Assembly: GCA_038087875.1 (NCBI GenBank)
Contig: CM075980.1
Span: forward strand, 930,001-994,000
From: Malacoraja senta
Taxonomy: Eukaryota
Direction: 5' to 3'
Length of the DNA stretch: 64,000 nucleotides
Part shown: in pieces, positions 62,180 to 64,000 of the stretch
Layout of the letters: every line of letters begins with the position of its first letter
Numbering within the stretch: position 1 is the first letter of the stretch
Made by a program: the position numbers and the translations under genes
Notes under the pieces: generated by a model
The model's database searches: none
What the model saw: the letters and a program-made list of their open reading frames with translations, nothing else
Told to the model about the DNA's origin: nothing

Positions 62180-62703
62180 TAGTTTAGAGATACAGCGTGG
62201 AAACAAGCCCTACAGCCCACCGTGTCCATGCCAACCAGCGATCACCTGTACACTAGCACTATTCTGCACACTGGGTACAATTTACAATTTTTACCAAAGC
62301 CAATTAACATACAAACCCGTACATCTTTGGAATGTGGGAGGAAACCAGAGCACCTGGAGAAAACTCACGCGGTCACAGGGAGAACGTACAAACTTCGTCC
62401 AGACGTCAGCCGCATTCAGGATCAAACCCATGTCACTGGTGCTGTAAAGGGCCTGTCCCACTGGCAATTTTTTTCGGCAACTGTCGGCATCATTGACTGA
62501 CGTATCAGGTCACTGAAAAAGCCGCGGCGTGACGACGTATTGACGCGCGGTGTCTCCTCAAGTGTCGCAACATTTTTTTTGTCGCCGCTGGATTTTGAAA
62601 TGTTCCAAATCTATCGGCGACCTGATACGTCAGTCAATGACGCTGGCAGTCGCCAAGTGGGACAGGCCCTTAGAGGCAGGAACTCTACCACTGCGCCACC
62701 GTG
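62180..62703 (-). mobile_element. HE1/V-SINE-like copy interrupted by a MITE
   Basis: SINE body to 62447 resumes after 62670 with AGGCAGGAACTCTACCACTGCGCCACC. Confidence 0.8.
62448..62670. mobile_element. Second copy of the PIF/Harbinger-like MITE
   Basis: AGGGCCTGTCCCACT ... AGTGGGACAGGCCCT; interior shared with 30371-30593. Confidence 0.85.
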
Positions 62704-62789
62704 TTGGTCCAAAATGTGGACCAGCTGCCCACATTTGCTGGGTAACTTTCCTGAGAAGTGCCCCTTAAACTGCACCCGCCCTGTCGTGT

Positions 62790-62960
62790 GGAGACACAAG
62801 ACGCAGCAGACGCTGGAATCTGGAGCAATAAACACTGGCAAATCTCTCCTCTCATCCTGATGCAGGGTTTCGACCCAAAACATAGGCAATTCCCCCCACG
62901 GATGCTGCCTGGCCCGCTGAGTTCCTCCAGCGCTTTCTTTGTTCCGCCTGCAGTATGATG
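62790..62960 (+). repeat. Penelope-like terminal repeat variant with an inverted piece
   Basis: CCTGATGCAGGGTTTCGACCCAAAAC...GATGCTGCCTGGCCCGCTGAGTTCCTCCAGC. Confidence 0.65.
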
Positions 62961-64000
62961 AAGCCATAACTAATCTCAGCTGTTGTAAATGAATGACAGA
63001 ACACTAAACCATCCTGGCAGCAGATGAACCCGGTCTCAGTTAATCTGTGTCTGCCAGGCAGCATCTTTGGAGAGAGAAATAGAGAGCGTGGTTCAGATCA
63101 ATGACCCATCTCCACAGATGTTGCCCGACCTGCTAAGTGCTTCCAGAATGTTCCTGTTTTATTTAAACTTTGTTTTCCCAGCATCTGTTGCCTTTTACGT
63201 CTGTTCACCAACCGCGATGAGCCAGTGGCAAATGTAATGTTGTACCAGATCTGAACCAGATGGAGGCTTGATTGTTCAACAGCTTCACCCGACTCCTGGC
63301 TGAGCAGGCTGCAGGCCCAATGCGTGCACATTTTAATCTTCTTTTCCATTAACTTCACAGGATTTGTATTGGCTGGGTGGCTCCTCCAGAACATTCTGTG
63401 CTGTGCTCACTGCGCTCAGGGGCTGAATCCTGATCTTAATCGTAATCAACCTCCAGGCTCGTGATCTCCTCTCCAACCACCCGAGCTGTTCTCTGCTCTT
63501 TAAATCGCCTTCACTCAACGCCTGAAACTCTCGCCTCAAACACCCTGTTACACAGGTGACTCCAGGATCATATTGTTTAGGAAAGAACTGCAGATGGTGG
63601 AAAAATCGAAGGTAGACAAAAATGCTGGAGAAACTCAGCGGGTGAGGCAGCATCTGAGATGCCCTATCACGGCACAAACATTGTGGGCCGAAGGGCCGGC
63701 TCCTGTGCGGTATTTACTGTGTTCTAATGGAAACCCACACGGTCACTGGTAGAATGTACGAACTTCACACAGGCAGCACCCAAGGTCAGGATCAAACCCG
63801 GGGCTCTGGCGCCGTGAGGCAGTGGCTTCTCTGCACAGTGTAAGCTGGAGTGCACCCAGACTTCTGAAAGCGTTAAAGGTGAATAATGAATGTTGGGTTT
63901 GCAAACTTGGCCAACGTCATGAGAAACTGGATTTTACAAATCAATCATAAGTTCTTTGTCTGCCTGAGTACCCCTGTCCACAGACAATAGACAATAGGTG

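Noticed and set aside
61713-62447. 244-aa plus-strand ORF as a gene
   Set aside because: Non-ATG start, runs into an antisense SINE, and has no recognisable domain

Overview
Vertebrate genomic DNA, most likely from a cartilaginous fish (skate/ray-type repeat landscape: HE1/V-type tRNA SINEs, CR1 and Rex1 LINEs, Penelope-like terminal repeats). The + strand carries the 3' part of an AUTS2-family gene, best identified as FBRSL1 from its C-terminus ([15 protein letters not shown]). I traced 14 coding exons by GT-AG boundaries and phase from 15698 to the stop at 49836; the 5' exons appear to lie upstream of the window. Main observations: (1) A mutually exclusive exon pair (22786-22946 and 23004-23201). 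The first carries three CCAAT boxes exactly 36 bp apart. The second (HX/HQHT-repeat exon) is decayed and frameshifted only in its 5' half, upstream of in-frame ATGs. This suggests an exon doubling as an internal promoter for a short isoform. (2) About 20 copies of a Penelope-derived repeat whose consensus is a minimal hammerhead ribozyme; every core-spanning copy I found inside the gene is antisense to the pre-mRNA. (3) A +1 frameshift in the terminal exon, either an assembly error or a real truncation. (4) A TIR element sitting next to a duplicated near-empty copy of its own insertion site. Exon numbers are AUTS2-equivalent numbers recalled from knowledge, repeat boundaries are approximate, and no searches were run.
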